A DNA stretch of 62,566 nucleotides, counting the filler, from Gonapodya sp. JEL0774 (Eukaryota): NCBI GenBank assembly GCA_027604505.1. It is 22 parts of 22 records of this genome, joined end to end, with 100 filler letters (N's around TTAATTAATTAA, not from the genome) between each part and the next. Parts side by side here need not be neighbours in the genome. Positions count along the whole stretch, not along the records: positions 25,731 to 28,479 come from JADIIX010001706.1; positions 28,580 to 31,324 come from JADIIX010001707.1; positions 31,425 to 34,169 come from JADIIX010001708.1; positions 34,270 to 37,013 come from JADIIX010001709.1; positions 37,114 to 39,855 come from JADIIX010001710.1; 17 more parts are not named here. The stretch is one strand, 5' to 3'. Positions within the stretch are counted from its first letter, which is position 1; every line of letters starts with the position of its first letter. Shown one piece after another: positions 25,833 through 38,453 of this stretch. Position numbers and translations under genes: made by a program. The notes beneath the pieces were generated by a model that saw nothing but the letters and a program-made list of their open reading frames with translations, ran no database searches and was not told where the DNA came from.

Positions 25833-28026
25833 TCACAGAGAACCACGCTTGATAATTCCTTTCCAAATCCGACCCATACTGCCCTTGGTAGCCCTCTTCA
25901 ATCCTTTGTGCTGTTTTGCAGCACTAACCGGGAAGCCCAACGTGACCAACAGCTGTCGAAGAGCTTTCACGTCACGTTCCTCTTCCAGAACAGCTTGATT
26001 AGCAAGCGCCAGAGCCTTTGCGAGCCACGCATCCACAGACGCTCCACCCCTACCCGTTGCGCCGGCTGACCGAGGTCGTTGGTTGATAGAGTGGGCGATT
26101 ACATCTCTTACGGCGGACGGTAAGAAGGGTCGTCTGAACAGATCCACCGGTGTTCCCACTTCCAAACCAGTCAGTCCAGATCTTCGACGTGCATGTCCAC
26201 CCTCGTTTGTGCTCACATCCCAAAGCGCAATCCAACCGCGGGGATCCATCTCTACTGCTTCCGTAACCTCAAAAACCAGACGAGCCACAACTGGTTTTAA
26301 GAACGAAGATTGCACTTTGCGAATCTCAGTGAGAATAGTATCCATGGACTCGATATTCTTGTGGCTGGAGCGGAATCGCATTGCCATGCCGAGTGAAGTC
26401 CGGGCAAAGAGCTTTCGTGCCGTTGGCAGCTCTGTGCTTCTCTCAAGGCTTCGAATCAAAAGTGCGACGTGCTCCATGGCTCGGACTTCACCTGCCGCAG
26501 CGAAGCCCATGGCTGCACAGAAAAGTTCCTGCGGTTCAAGCTCCACGCCCCACGTACGGTTAAGTTGTGAGACGACCGGCAGGAAACCATTTTGAATTGT
26601 TGGCCAGAAGTCCGCGTGCGAAAGTCCGGAGTTCCGGAAGAGTCGATGTATCAGATCGTAGAACGACCTGTGACAGTAAGCGGGGGCTCTTAGGTTCGTT
26701 GCTGTCACACCGTTCCGAAAGAGTAGAGAAAGAAGTCGATCCGCCGATTGCGAGGGATGTGCACTTGACAGCTGGGTTGAGCAGAAGAACAGGAGCACTC
26801 TGAAATAATCCAACCGGAGATTAGATTCCAGTGCGATCGGAGAAAATTGGACGAGTCACAAGACCAGTTACCTTTGGTATTGCCCTGCGAGTTTTGACAT
26901 AGGAAGTCCACAGACTTCGATTAGAAAGGAAAGTTGATCTAGAAGACTGCGACGCTGAGTATCATCGGCCGCTGTCAAATAAAAGAAGGATTAAGATATT
27001 TCTGTAACCCGTAAGTGAGGACTGCAAGTGGCACAGGGAGGAATGATTCCTTACAGTCAGCCTGTTCCAGAGCGTGGGCGACGGCAACGGCTTCCATTAC
27101 ATCATCATGACTCCACCAGAGGCCTTCTGGGCCAGATCCATCACCGTACACGTTTTTGCCAAAGTATTCCACGAGCAGGTTGTATATTGCTTGCACTTCG
27201 GTGGAACCCGAGCGCGGAGCAAACCATCGAGGTTCGGGGGTTACCACACGGCGTGGGATTCCAGCTTTGCCTTGGTACAGAGCAGAGATTTCCGCATTGG
27301 ATATAAAGGATGGTCGGGATTGAAACATGAGTTGGAGGAGGTGTCGGGGAATCAACGGTGTGCTGGGATCACTGCGAGACGTCGAGACTGTCGCGTTTGA
27401 AGCCAATGTTACAAACATCCGTGCAAGATTCAGATCAAAGTTGGGATAGTGTCTCATGCACCTTTCGAGAGCCTGAGTTAAATAGGGGATTCCCGGATAA
27501 TGCGATGTTGGCAGTGAGTCATTGTGACGCATTACTAGGCGGTCTTTGCCGCAGAGTACTCACCCGGAGCACTCACCTCTGTTTGACCCCACATTAGGGA
27601 GCTAGAGCGTGCAATTACGCTCGGAAATCGGGTAACCGAATGAAACCGCGAGTTCACGAGGGACAGTGTCCTGAACGACTCCACGGCTTTTTTCCTATCT
27701 ATCGCCGGACCGTTCGAGCGTCCTCCAGCAGCAACCGCAAACACAAATATTTCTCCGAGTATTTCATTGGGGATACTCATGAGGCTTGGGCGACGCGGAG
27801 CCCTTCGTGCTATGTTTGGCACGACACGTGACAGAGTGATGGGAAGTTCGCCATTCCGAGAATGAAAAAGAGATCCAGCACGTCGCGAAGTGGATCCATC
27901 CGAAAAAGAGCGCTCGTGGCCAGCTTGGTTGGTGGGCCGGCCAAGTTTCGAAGTCCAGGGAAGAAGCTGAGGTGAGATGTTGTACTGACGTGGAGCTGCC
28001 GCAGAAGACGAGAAAGATTCGGCCAT
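25833..28026 (-). CDS. F-box-like hypothetical protein (multi-exon)
   Basis: PSLMSIPNEILGEIFVFA...TLSLVNSRFH F-box-like motif. Three large ORFs; the first two are joined by a clear GTGAGT...CAG intron. Confidence 0.65.
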
Positions 28027-28653
28027 TTTGAACTGAGCTTTGACGAATCCGAGCGGCGTGTTGGCTGCTGAATGGTCTTGGTCAAACGGTAACTGGATGG
28101 AATGTGCTCGCTCACCCTTGTCAGGGCTATGACGGACAGGGACGGATGCAATTTTTGGTCTCAACATTACATAACATATACACGTGTCCATTCATCGGCG
28201 ATAAGCTCACTCGCACGCCATGCTGTATGACGAAGGATTGTTTATGATAGTCTCGAATTCCTAATGGTGTAGAATCAACCCTGACAAGACGTGCTTCGCT
28301 TCGATACGGGGGAGCATCCCAAAAAGGAGCGCTGTCCTCCTACAAAACACATCCACCCGGATATTAATTGAAAGCTCCATACACCAATTAACCAAACATA
28401 CTATCATTGGGTTTAATTGCAGATAGGTAAGGACTCTCTGTCTGGTGGCTTGACCCCGCTTTGCTTGTCCACGTCAGGANNNNNNNNNNNNNNNNNNNNN
28501 NNNNNNNNNNNNNNNNNNNNNNNTTAATTAATTAANNNNNNNNNNNNNNNNNNNNNNNNNNNNNNNNNNNNNNNNNNNNCCGTTTACCTGCACTCGAAAT
28601 CCCGACTCTTTTCGTCGTCGGCCAGAATCAGCCAATCTAACACCATCTCACAG

Positions 28654-31324
28654 CCTCTTCCTCCTGGTAATCCGCCACAAATCACAACCGTGAACACAGA
28701 TAAGCCCTGGAGGACCGAGCTGACTCCTATTCACTTCTTGGAGCGCACCGCGAGGATATGGCCCACCAAACTCGCCGTCATTCATGGTGACAGGAGGTAC
28801 GACTACGCCGAAGTAAGTTACCACCTTGCGATCCTCGAACCTGTGACTATACCCTTCCAAAGAATCGCAACAAATCATTGTCGGTGGACATTTTGCCCGA
28901 ACTTCAGATGCAGATCAGGACATACTCCGTTTCCAAATTTTTGATCTTTCTCCTCATAACTTGTTGTCTTTTATTCCCTCCGCCAGATGGACCGCCGGGT
29001 CCGCCACTTCGCCTCTGCCCTCATTGACGCCGGCCTGAAACCTGGAGACCGGGTTGCGTTCATATGCCCAAACACACCCTCTATTCTCGAGGGACACTTT
29101 GCCGTGCCGCTCGGTGAGTCCGTTTGCTGGTCAGCTTGGTAATTTATTCAGTCATTGACCCAACTCCATTTCGGGGGTTTTCAGCCGGCGGTGTTCTGAT
29201 TTGCGTCAATACCCGTTTAAAAAACGCCGAAGTCGCTTACAGTAGGTTTGCCATTAGCAAAAGTCTACATTTTCCGCATCTTCCCGGCTGAGACGTCACT
29301 GTTGGCAACACCACCACTCGGACAGTCATCAAACACTCTGGCGCGCGATTTGCCATCATCGACCGTGACTCTGAGACATTTGCTCCTGCTTGTCTCGAAT
29401 CCGGTGTGGAACGGGTCATTGTGGACCATGACACAGGGGATGCGGCGACCAGCGACTTTGAAAAATGGATATTCGCGAGTAAGGAGAAGCACTGGTGGGG
29501 GTATCCTGGATGGAACATAAAGGATGAAGAGGACTTGATGTGAGTTGCGAGATAGAGGTTTCCTTCTGCCATACGATTGTCGCTCAGTTGGTTCCGTGAT
29601 CCTCAATACGCAGGGCAATATGCTATACAAGGTATGATTCGCTACCACAGCTAGCATGCCTTTACACTACCATGAACTTTATTCCTCGCTCTACCGTTCG
29701 CCAGTGGCACGACCGGAAACCCCAAAGGTGTCATGCACTCATTCCGCTCGTGCTTCTTACAAGCTCTCTTCCAGAATGTGGAGATGCAGTTTGATTTCAA
29801 CTCGCGGTACTTATGGATGTGAGTGGTGTCTTAGGATCATATGAAGGTATTGGCTTTTCGTGGAACGCGTTAACATTGCGGTGTTTCTTCAATCGTCGTA
29901 ACAGTCTTCCCCTTTTCCATGCCAACGGTTGGTGCCTGCCTTGGTCCGTGACAATGGTCGGAGCGACTCACGTGTGTCTGCGAAAGGTGAGATGGTATTC
30001 TCTTTCATGTTCGCGAGTGGAACCGAGGGCACAAACTAACCGGCCGAATTCTCAACCCAACCAGGTCGACTACGACCTCATCTGGCACTATTTCACAAAG
30101 GACGGTGTCACTCACTACAACGGTGCACCGACGGTTCAGGTGACTTCCCTTGTGGTCACTTGGACCCTCAAATGTACTACAACGACATTCCTACTGTAGA
30201 CCTTCCTCGTCAACAACCCGAACGCCACTAAAGTCCCACATACCATCAAAGCGATGGTTGCAGGTAGCCCCCCCAGTCCGACGTTGATCGAACAGCTGAC
30301 AGCGATCGGGATCGAGGTGTTACACGTATATGGAATGGTGAGGGAGAAAATGTTAGTGTGAATTGACACCTCTAACTGATCACCCCTATCACTGTGGCTG
30401 GCATCTCATTCTAGACCGAAACATATGGGTCAGTCAGCTAATTGCTTTCTGATTTGATTCAAATATTCGACTCATTTGTTTATTTGCTCGCACCGACTTC
30501 AGTCCTTGCGCTCGCGCTTACCCACAACCCAACACCGCCCAAGAAACGGACCTCGCCTCTATCGGCGCTTTCTTTTCTCGACAAGGACAAAACTATGTCG
30601 GGCAGGACGAAGTCCGTGTGGTGGATTCCAAGATGAACGACGTGCCCCTCGATGGGCAGACACAAGGGGAGGTCGTGTTTAGAGGAAATATTACGATGCT
30701 TGGATAGTGAGTGGTTCTCCTTTTTCCTTGTCTTGTCAAACTCCCGGGTCTAACTTCGCTAACCTCTCTATGATATGCGGATGCTTCCTATTATAGCTAC
30801 AATGATCCCTCTGCGACGGAAAAGGCATTCGCTGGTGGATGGCTACACTCGGGCGATGTGGCGGTGAGGCATCCTGACGGTTACATTGAACTGAAGGATA
30901 GGATGAAGGTGCGACAACACCCGGTCCGGGGGCGAAATTGAGAAAATGGTTTTATCACAGTAGTCTTTCGAATTCATGACTTCTTCAGGACATTATCATC
31001 TCTGGAGGTGAAAATATCTCTACAATCGAAGTAGAGAAGTGAGTGTTCTCGTGTGAAAGGAACAAATGGTGAGCAGCACGATACTAAACTCACTCCCGAT
31101 TAGTGTCATTGCCAAGTTCCACAAGGTCCTGGAAGTGGCTGTTGTTCCTACTCCTGATGTGAGTGCTAATGTTTCTGGCACATATTCTGATGGTGCAAAC
31201 ATTCCGCAACTCAATGAAACCGTTGGACGACCCAGGATATGTGGGGTGAGCGCCCAAAAGCATACGTTGTGCTAAAGAAGGAGTTCACCGAGCACGAAAG
31301 TTTTGAGCCGGGTGAGATCGAACA
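28654..31324 (+). CDS. AMP-binding acyl-CoA synthetase (AAE1/ACSF2-like), highly intron-split, partial
   Basis: [101 protein letters not shown]. Confidence 0.95.
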
Positions 31325-31424
31325 NNNNNNNNNNNNNNNNNNNNNNNNNNNNNNNNNNNNNNNNNNNNTTAATTAATTAANNNNNNNNNNNNNNNNNNNN
31401 NNNNNNNNNNNNNNNNNNNNNNNN

Positions 31425-32384
31425 CTCCCCACCCCTCTTGCCCACCCCCCGCGCACCTCCACCACGTCGTCCACGTCGTCCCCCTCCACCACCGCCAACC
31501 CGTCCTCCAGCAACCCATCCCGCTCCCGCTCCCTCCTCGCCCACGCCCGCCGAACAAGTCTTGCCCAGCTCGCCGAAATGCAAGAGAGGGAGACCCTGGA
31601 GACCGTGCGGGGAAGGTGGTTGGGGCAGGCGCAGGGCGGGGGGCACGCGGGGGGCAACGAAGGGGTAGGGTTGCCTCCGTTGCCCACCACGCCATCTGCC
31701 ACGATGCCGTCCGGCGCACCATCGTCGACCACCGCTCCCCGTCGGCCGTCGCTGTTGTCACCGGTGCCGAGGACGCCAGGGCACCCCTCTAATTCAGCGT
31801 CGACGTCCGCGGCCGCGGGAGCACGGCACACATCGTTGTCCTTGTCCCACTCGCACTCGCACTCCCACCACGTCCTATTGTCGGCGTCACCATCTTCCTC
31901 GCCGCTCCACTCACCCGCCACAATCTCTGGCACCCCTCCTATCCCTCTCCCTCTCCCCCTCCACCGCTCCCTCAGCGGTCCCACGTCTCTCTCCCTCTCC
32001 CTTCCCCCCGCGTCCGCCGTGACCACGCCCCTGTCGGCGTACCTCTCTGCGTCCCCCTCGCCGCACATATTCGCCGGGACCGCCACGTGCGCCCCGGGGT
32101 GGGTGTATGAGGTGGCGGTGGGGGAGGTGGGGGTGGTGGGGGAGGGTGGGGAGGGGGAGAGGGGGGTGTGGGGATTGGGAGGTGTGGTGGAAGAAGGAGT
32201 GGTGGGAGAGGGAGTGGGAGAGGGAGTGGGAGAGGGACGGGAAGTGGACATCGGAGACGGGGACAACGGGGCAGCGGTTGAGGTGCAGGAGCCGGAAGAT
32301 TACTTCACGCACCATGTAGCCGACGGGGTCGTCAAGGCCGCCGTGGTGGGAGAGAAAGGTGTTTTCGGTGCGGAGACGGTGTGA
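31425..32384 (+). CDS. Low-complexity Ser/Pro/Gly/Glu-rich protein, 3' end
   Basis: Open frame to a TGA at 32384; no domain recognised. Confidence 0.45.
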   Translation, partial: LPTPLAHPPRTSTTSSTSSPSTTANPSSSNPSRSRSLLAHARRTSLAQLAEMQERETLETVRGRWLGQAQGGGHAGGNEGVGLPPLPTTPSATMPSGAPSSTTAPRRPSLLSPVPRTPGHPSNSASTSAAAGARHTSLSLSHSHSHSHHVLLSASPSSSPLHSPATISGTPPIPLPLPLHRSLSGPTSLSLSLPPASAVTTPLSAYLSASPSPHIFAGTATCAPGWVYEVAVGEVGVVGEGGEGERGVWGLGGVVEEGVVGEGVGEGVGEGREVDIGDGDNGAAVEVQEPEDYFTHHVADGVVKAAVVGEKGVFGAETV

Positions 32385-33435
32385 TATGTGATGTATGACA
32401 GGGCGGGGAAGGTGGAGGTGGAGGTGGAAGTGGAAGTGCTTGGTCGGGGGGCGGTGTGGCACTGTACGATGGAAAGGACATGTTTGGTTGCGGTTTGGGT
32501 AGTGATATGGACTTGTCAAAACGTTGGGTTGGGGTAGGTTGTGGTTGTATTTGAACTTTGCTTGGAATACTACATTGTATATTTGTCGCGCAGAAGAACA
32601 ATCGTTCTTGGTAAATATATTACGCACCGTAATGTTGTGTTTGGTCTCTCTGTGATGGAGTATCTGATCAGTGAAGCGGACGAATTATAGTGGCCTGGAA
32701 GTTGGATGTCAAAACCTGATCACCCGAGGTTGGACTAGTTTTGAAACTCTTCACAATATATACTTCTACTCAGCTACCGATGCGAGCCTAAGTTTAACTT
32801 CATGAAAGAGGTCGAGGAAGTGCTACACTTGTTCGAGAAAGAATGTCATGGCCCATGCCGTTGGAGAAGGAGACAAGAGATTGATGCAGGGTGTATCACC
32901 CCACTAACTTGCACTCGGCTATAACAGGTAATCCATCTGTAAATAAATCACACAGATTTTTCCATATGTCGCTGACTGGTGTTTGGGGTTTGATGACGTG
33001 GTCCAAGTGTCCAAGTGGGCGAACCGAAATCACGTGAACTGTCCTGCAGGCAGTAATGATGACACAAGGTGTTGCATACCAATCGCTCCATCTGCGACAA
33101 AAAGAAATCCCAATATTGTTCTCACACCATCACCTATTCAATTTCTATCCCGAATCCGGACTTTGCTCGGACACGGGGGTTTCGGCTCGCAAACCATTCT
33201 CCGCCAGAATTGGAAACTCAGGGGGCGGTGCTCCTCGAAGCAACACTTTTCACCCGAACACAAATCGCAAAGCCGCCAGACGTGAAATCGAGCACAGAGA
33301 GCATTCTGCGAGTGAGTCGAGGCATTTTGTGGTGTGCTTTCGACGGTGTGATGGATGTTCTCTTCACCTCGTGGGAAACAGCAAAAGGTCGAGTCATCAA
33401 CCGGTCATTTCGCCCTCGAGCACCTAAACAGCGCA

Positions 33436-34169
33436 ATGGACTCCATTATTCTGTTGACGTGCTTGGACGCCCTCGAGCGTGATATAGCGGAGCGGTTCGG
33501 GGACGGCGTGGGAGGAGTGAACCATGGTGGCTTCTCTTCAGGTGACGGAGAGTCGTACCGGGTACAGCCAAGGACGAGCAGTATACACAGGCATCCAACG
33601 CATTCTCTTGTAGATTACAGCGCTTTACCGCTCTCTCTAACGACTGATCGACCCGTGGCGAGTCAGTACTCTGCTCCACACACTGACTTCTCAAACCTGC
33701 GCCTACCGCCAGGAACCTACGACATCTACCCTCCGACACCCATGCCCGATGAACCAAATCCATTACGTTTCAGCCAAGCTGAAGTCGTGAGAGTTGTGGC
33801 GGTTCCTATTCAGGAGTACGGGATAGGCGGGTGGGAGCGGGCTCGTGTTCCTCCTCGATCCGCGTCTCTGCAGTACGTGAGATCAGCACCGACGGTGGAG
33901 AGCATACTTCCCGTAGACGTCGTAGAGATGACCGGAGACGATTTGGGAGCACTGTACCAGTCGATCACTCCACCCGACACGAGCTTCAATCCTATGAACA
34001 TGACACGGCTGGCCCTGACGAGCGATCCCTTCCTCACCGACATGTGCAATACACTCAATTTAGCTGACATCGACAGCATTCTCAACACGGAGTTGCCCTC
34101 CATGTACGGATCGGAGAGCTCGGGTTGGTCTCCCGACCGCCAACAACAGAACGCATCGGGGAATGGTGC
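33436..34169 (+). CDS. Hypothetical protein, 5' part
   Basis: ORF starting MDSIILLTCLDALERDIAERFG and running to the contig end; no family recognised. Confidence 0.45.
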
Positions 34170-34946
34170 NNNNNNNNNNNNNNNNNNNNNNNNNNNNNNN
34201 NNNNNNNNNNNNNTTAATTAATTAANNNNNNNNNNNNNNNNNNNNNNNNNNNNNNNNNNNNNNNNNNNNTCTGAAGGTCTTTTCTTCATGATCTTAACAA
34301 TGATAACTCTTTCTGCACGTGTTGGTGCCTGGTCACTTCATATGCATCTTACTATTCGGAGCTGGCAGATGCGAATCCTCATCACCTTCAATTAAACCGG
34401 CTAAGTAGTGACCGAACAGAGTTGTGAAGTGCACCTAGTCTCCGTTTCCGTGTCCTGGTTTGCGACTGGGACTGTTCGAGATACACAATGAAGCACAGTC
34501 ATGCAAACCCGGAAGTCTTGGCTGCACTTTTGTTCTCTCACAAAAACTCCGGTCGGGTCTGGCTCCTTCAACAAAGAGTTATCGAGGTAATAGTACCGGC
34601 GATTCTCGGATATTTTTTCTGCTCTCCATAACTTCTCATGTAGTCTAACACATGCAATTCCCGTGAGAGCACATGCTCAAAAGGTATGCGTCTGCGTCCT
34701 TTCACTTCACTACTCTTTTGCCTGTCTGATATGAAGTTGTGTGGTTCGCTCAAAACCAGCTGTCCCACGTGCACCGCCGCAGACACCACACCGAGGAAAT
34801 GCAGCCGACGATCGAGTGGTAGTTTCAGGATGGGCTTCTCGAGCTCGATATTGCTTGCCCGAGCAATGACCCGTAAAGCAATGAATGATGATCGAAGATC
34901 CACTGGGTCGGGCATGATGGCAATTAGCTCTTTCGGTCTCCGGAAT

Positions 34947-36078
34947 ATGGATCGTCACCTCGCGCTTGCTCTATTTCTTTCAGAGCTCTGCGTGATTCCA
35001 GTCGCGGTAGCGATTGACAGTGCGAGCCGTGGAGCGGAAGGAACTTATTCGTCGGCAGTTTCCACACAGCCTCCGACGACCTCAAGTCCCAGTGCTTCTT
35101 TAGCCTCTGTGCTTCCGCCATCCACTGCAGGCAGGTCGCTTTTTAATGCGCCGTTTCCCGTTAGCCGTGGCTTTTGACGTTCAATACTGTCTGGTACATA
35201 GACGGTCCCGATTCCGACCCACCAACATTGTTCGACACTGTTCTCGCGAATAAGCCTCTCATTATTCTTCTTGGTTCTGGCTTTGTCTTATTGGCACTGA
35301 GCTTGATTGTTTTGACTGTGGTTTCAATAGCAAACTGTGTGGTAGGCTTCCTCATCTGCGCGCACCAAATGCTGGTTCCCTAGCTCATGTCGTGGTCGGG
35401 CTTACCATATTACAGCGTGCTCGCTCTCGCCTTTCGCCACTTCGAACTCAGAATCCCGCACTCTTCAGGTCCTTGACGTGGAGCGGCATGGGTTACCGAG
35501 GCTCTTCACCTCCCAATCCAACGGACAACTTCCATGGAGTAACATTGGACCCAGCGCAGCTGCAGCTCCTTAGCGTACAGAAAGTCAGCAAAAGCCCTGG
35601 AGATCATGAGGGCCAGGACGTGGGGAGCCGTTCTGATCACAACCGCAGTGATTTACAAGACACCCCGACCCCGCTCGTGCCCCAAAAACCTGATGCCCAA
35701 TCGCAATCATGCTCCATTTGTTTAGATCCCTTGTACAAAGCTGGTGCTACGCTCAGGACACTTCCGTGTGGACATGTGTTTCACGTCGGATGTGTGGACA
35801 CGTGGCTCATCAAGTGGCATGGAATTTGCCCAATGTGCAGGATGGACTTGACAACGAAACGCCACGAAGAAAGCAACGAGGCTCGTCAAGGGCATTCCGA
35901 AAGTGAAAGGAATAGGGACGCTACGCTGCAGGTGCAACAGGAGAATACCGATGGGACCATTGATGTAGAGCTCGACGTCACGACTGATGGTGAACGGTAC
36001 GTGCAATCTGGAAGGGCAACCGATAATGATCGCATGGAGCGGGGTGAAGATCAAGTTTCTCACAACAGTGAGATTTAG
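34947..36078 (+). CDS. Single-pass membrane RING-H2 E3 ubiquitin ligase
   Basis: Signal-like MDRHLALALFLSELCVIPVAVA, Ser/Thr-rich ectodomain, TM LIILLGSGFVLLALSLIVLTVVSIA, and RING-H2 CSICLDPLY...LRTLPCGHVFHVGCVDTWLIKWHGICPMCR. Confidence 0.88.
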
Positions 36079-36685
36079 GAGATGCCAAGAGGACAAGAAT
36101 TTTGAGCTGTTGCACTCCCGGCAACCGGCGCAGGCTTGTAGTGTGCGTCCAGAGACCAGAGGTGACCTGGTTTCATACAGCAAAGAATAAGATCATTTCG
36201 TGTGAACGTACGCGAAATTTTGTAAGGACCAATCGTTTTTGTGAGCATGATTTGAACTCTGTTTAGTTGACTTCCACGAGTGCCCGGCAATCTACCATCG
36301 TTTGTATAATTTGCGATTCCATTGACAAGCATAATGGCAGTCTAGCTGGTGGGCCCGTGTAAGAAGTCTGGCTCGTCCCTTGTTCGTAACAATTCAGATT
36401 GGAGGAGGGTTATGCCGGGGATGCCGGCTGGACCTAGAACTCCGCGCACGCTCCGCCGTCACTGATCCGCTCCAGAGACAAGGAGCACCGCTATCCGACG
36501 ATGAAATAATTCACGAAGATTTTGCCTATGTAAGCATCAATTGCCGGGAAGACTTTCGTCGACAATTCATCACCTGTTACCTGGGTGGTTGTAATCTGGC
36601 CGCCAGCTCAGGGCATCAAGCTCCCTTGTCGTTAAAGCTCTTTGTCTCTTGACCTTCCGGCGGACTCCTAGCTCGTTTACTCATA

Positions 36686-37004
36686 ATGGCTGGAGAGGCG
36701 GATGGATTCATCGGAGCGGCCACTGCCGTTAGCGTGGTAACTCCTAGCAGCACAGCGATTACGACTTCGGCGACAACGACTTCCACTGCTGGTACGTACG
36801 GGCTGAGCTTGTTGTCATCACGCCCTCACGAATCAGTCGCCATTTTGTTATGGCGAATGTCAACCGCCCACGACAGATCCGCAAGTTACCGATGTCGAAA
36901 GTCTGTTCGCAAACAAGCCGCTCGTTATCGTAATCGGATGTGCAATCGCGTTTTTCTCGCTCAGATTGCTTGTCTTGTGTTTATTGCCGATTGCTAACTT
37001 GATT
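36686..37004 (+). CDS. Tandem paralogue of the TM-RING-H2 gene, 5' exons
   Basis: Spliced ...TTTSTA-DPQVTDVESLFANKPLVIVIGCAIAFFSLRLLVLCLLPIANLI parallels ...PPSTA-DGPDSDPPTLFDTVLANKPLIILLGSG...VSIANCV, with the same intron positions. Confidence 0.65.
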
Positions 37005-37113
37005 GTGAGTGATNNNNNNNNNNNNNNNNNNNNNNNNNNNNNNNNNNNNNNNNNNNNTTAATTAATTAANNNNNNNNNNNNNNNNNNNNNNNNNNNNNNN
37101 NNNNNNNNNNNNN

Positions 37114-38453
37114 GCAATCACCTCGACGTGGGGTTTGAACGAGACACGGCGACAACTGGAGACGGGTAAATGTGTGGAGGTTGTGGGGGAGAGTGGCGAG
37201 GACGGACCACCTCGTGGTGGTGTTGGAGGTGGAGGTAATGGGGAGGCGGAGCGGGATCGCGGGTGGTTGCGGAGGGACGGGTGGGTTGGTGTGGCTGGTG
37301 AGGGGCACGCGTCCTCGGGGATCGTGGGGCAAGGGAAAGTGGAAGAGGATGCAGAGATGGACTGCGATGTAGATGGGCCGGACCAGGATGTGCGGACCGT
37401 GGGGTGGGGGCGAGGAGTGTGGAGGGTTGAAGGAGTACCGAGCGTGGCGGTGGCGTTGGACCACGATCCACACGGGGGTGACGACCATGAGTCCACACCT
37501 CGGCCTGTGGTTGCATCCGAGGACCACGATCCGACCGCATCACCGTCGCGTGTTGCTGACCCCGTCGACCATGATCCCGCACCTGACGTGCCAGTGGCTG
37601 TTGTGGCGGTGTCTGACAGCCACGACCCCGCTTCTCCTCCTGTAACGTTACAGCTACCCGACGTCCAGGACCCTGTACTACCCGACATAGAGCAATTGCC
37701 TGTCCAAGAACCTACAGACGTTGAGGACCCGACCATGCACCCGGGCATTCCGAATGCGTACTCCTTGTGGGGGAGAGGAGAGACTGCACCACGCATGGAA
37801 CCGGGAAGGGGCATGAAGAGGAGTCGTGCGAGGGTGGAAGGGTCATCATCGTCCGAAGGGAGGGTGTTGGTTGGGGGTTGAGAGTGGGAGGCCATGATGG
37901 AGTGTGGCATGGGGAGTTTCGGAAGGGGTCGCGTGACATCGATATCCGCGCTCGAATGTGAGGAGGCAGGGTCGAGTGCGATTGCAGAGTCAATACGCGA
38001 TCGTGGTGGTGGCGGGTTGAGAGGGGAGTGGGGAGGGGAGGAGGAGTTGGACGATGAAACGGAAGACGTTGAAGCAGCGAGCGACGAGTTTGACGGGTGG
38101 GAAGAAAGGAGTGGATGTGCTGGAGGAGAAGAGGAAGAGCGGAGGGGAGACATTCGAGTTTGTGATATGCGATGGGGTTTGAGGGAAATCGAGTGAGAGT
38201 TGAGCGGATCATCTGAGCCCGAAACTGTGGACTCACCGGAACCGAGATGCGGGTCGACACCCAGCGACTGAGCTGCGAAAGCGGACGCCAAAGCAGAGAG
38301 CGAAAGCGAAAGCGACCCAGAATTCGATCCGGTCGTGTTCGAGTGTGTTGGCGAGTCGGAGTGTGCATATTCTCTGCCATGCTGACTCGGTTTCACATCC
38401 CTGTGATTCGTTCGAATTCGCAGCGGAGGCGGCAAGTTTGCAGGATTCGCCAT
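37114..38453 (-). CDS. Ser/Pro/Thr-rich disordered protein with an RVxF motif (3' partial)
   Basis: Long open frame (MANPANLPPP...) with repeated GSW(S/T) motifs, ending RRVSFKPHVEVI at the contig edge. Confidence 0.55.

Noticed and set aside
31373..32627. Long overlapping antisense ORFs
   Set aside because: Expected by-product of GC-rich low-complexity sequence; no domain signal. The same applies to the shadow ORFs at 37135-37881 and 24846-25682.
34568..34915. Minus-strand 115-aa ORF upstream of the RING gene
   Set aside because: No recognisable motif and I could not build a supported gene model.
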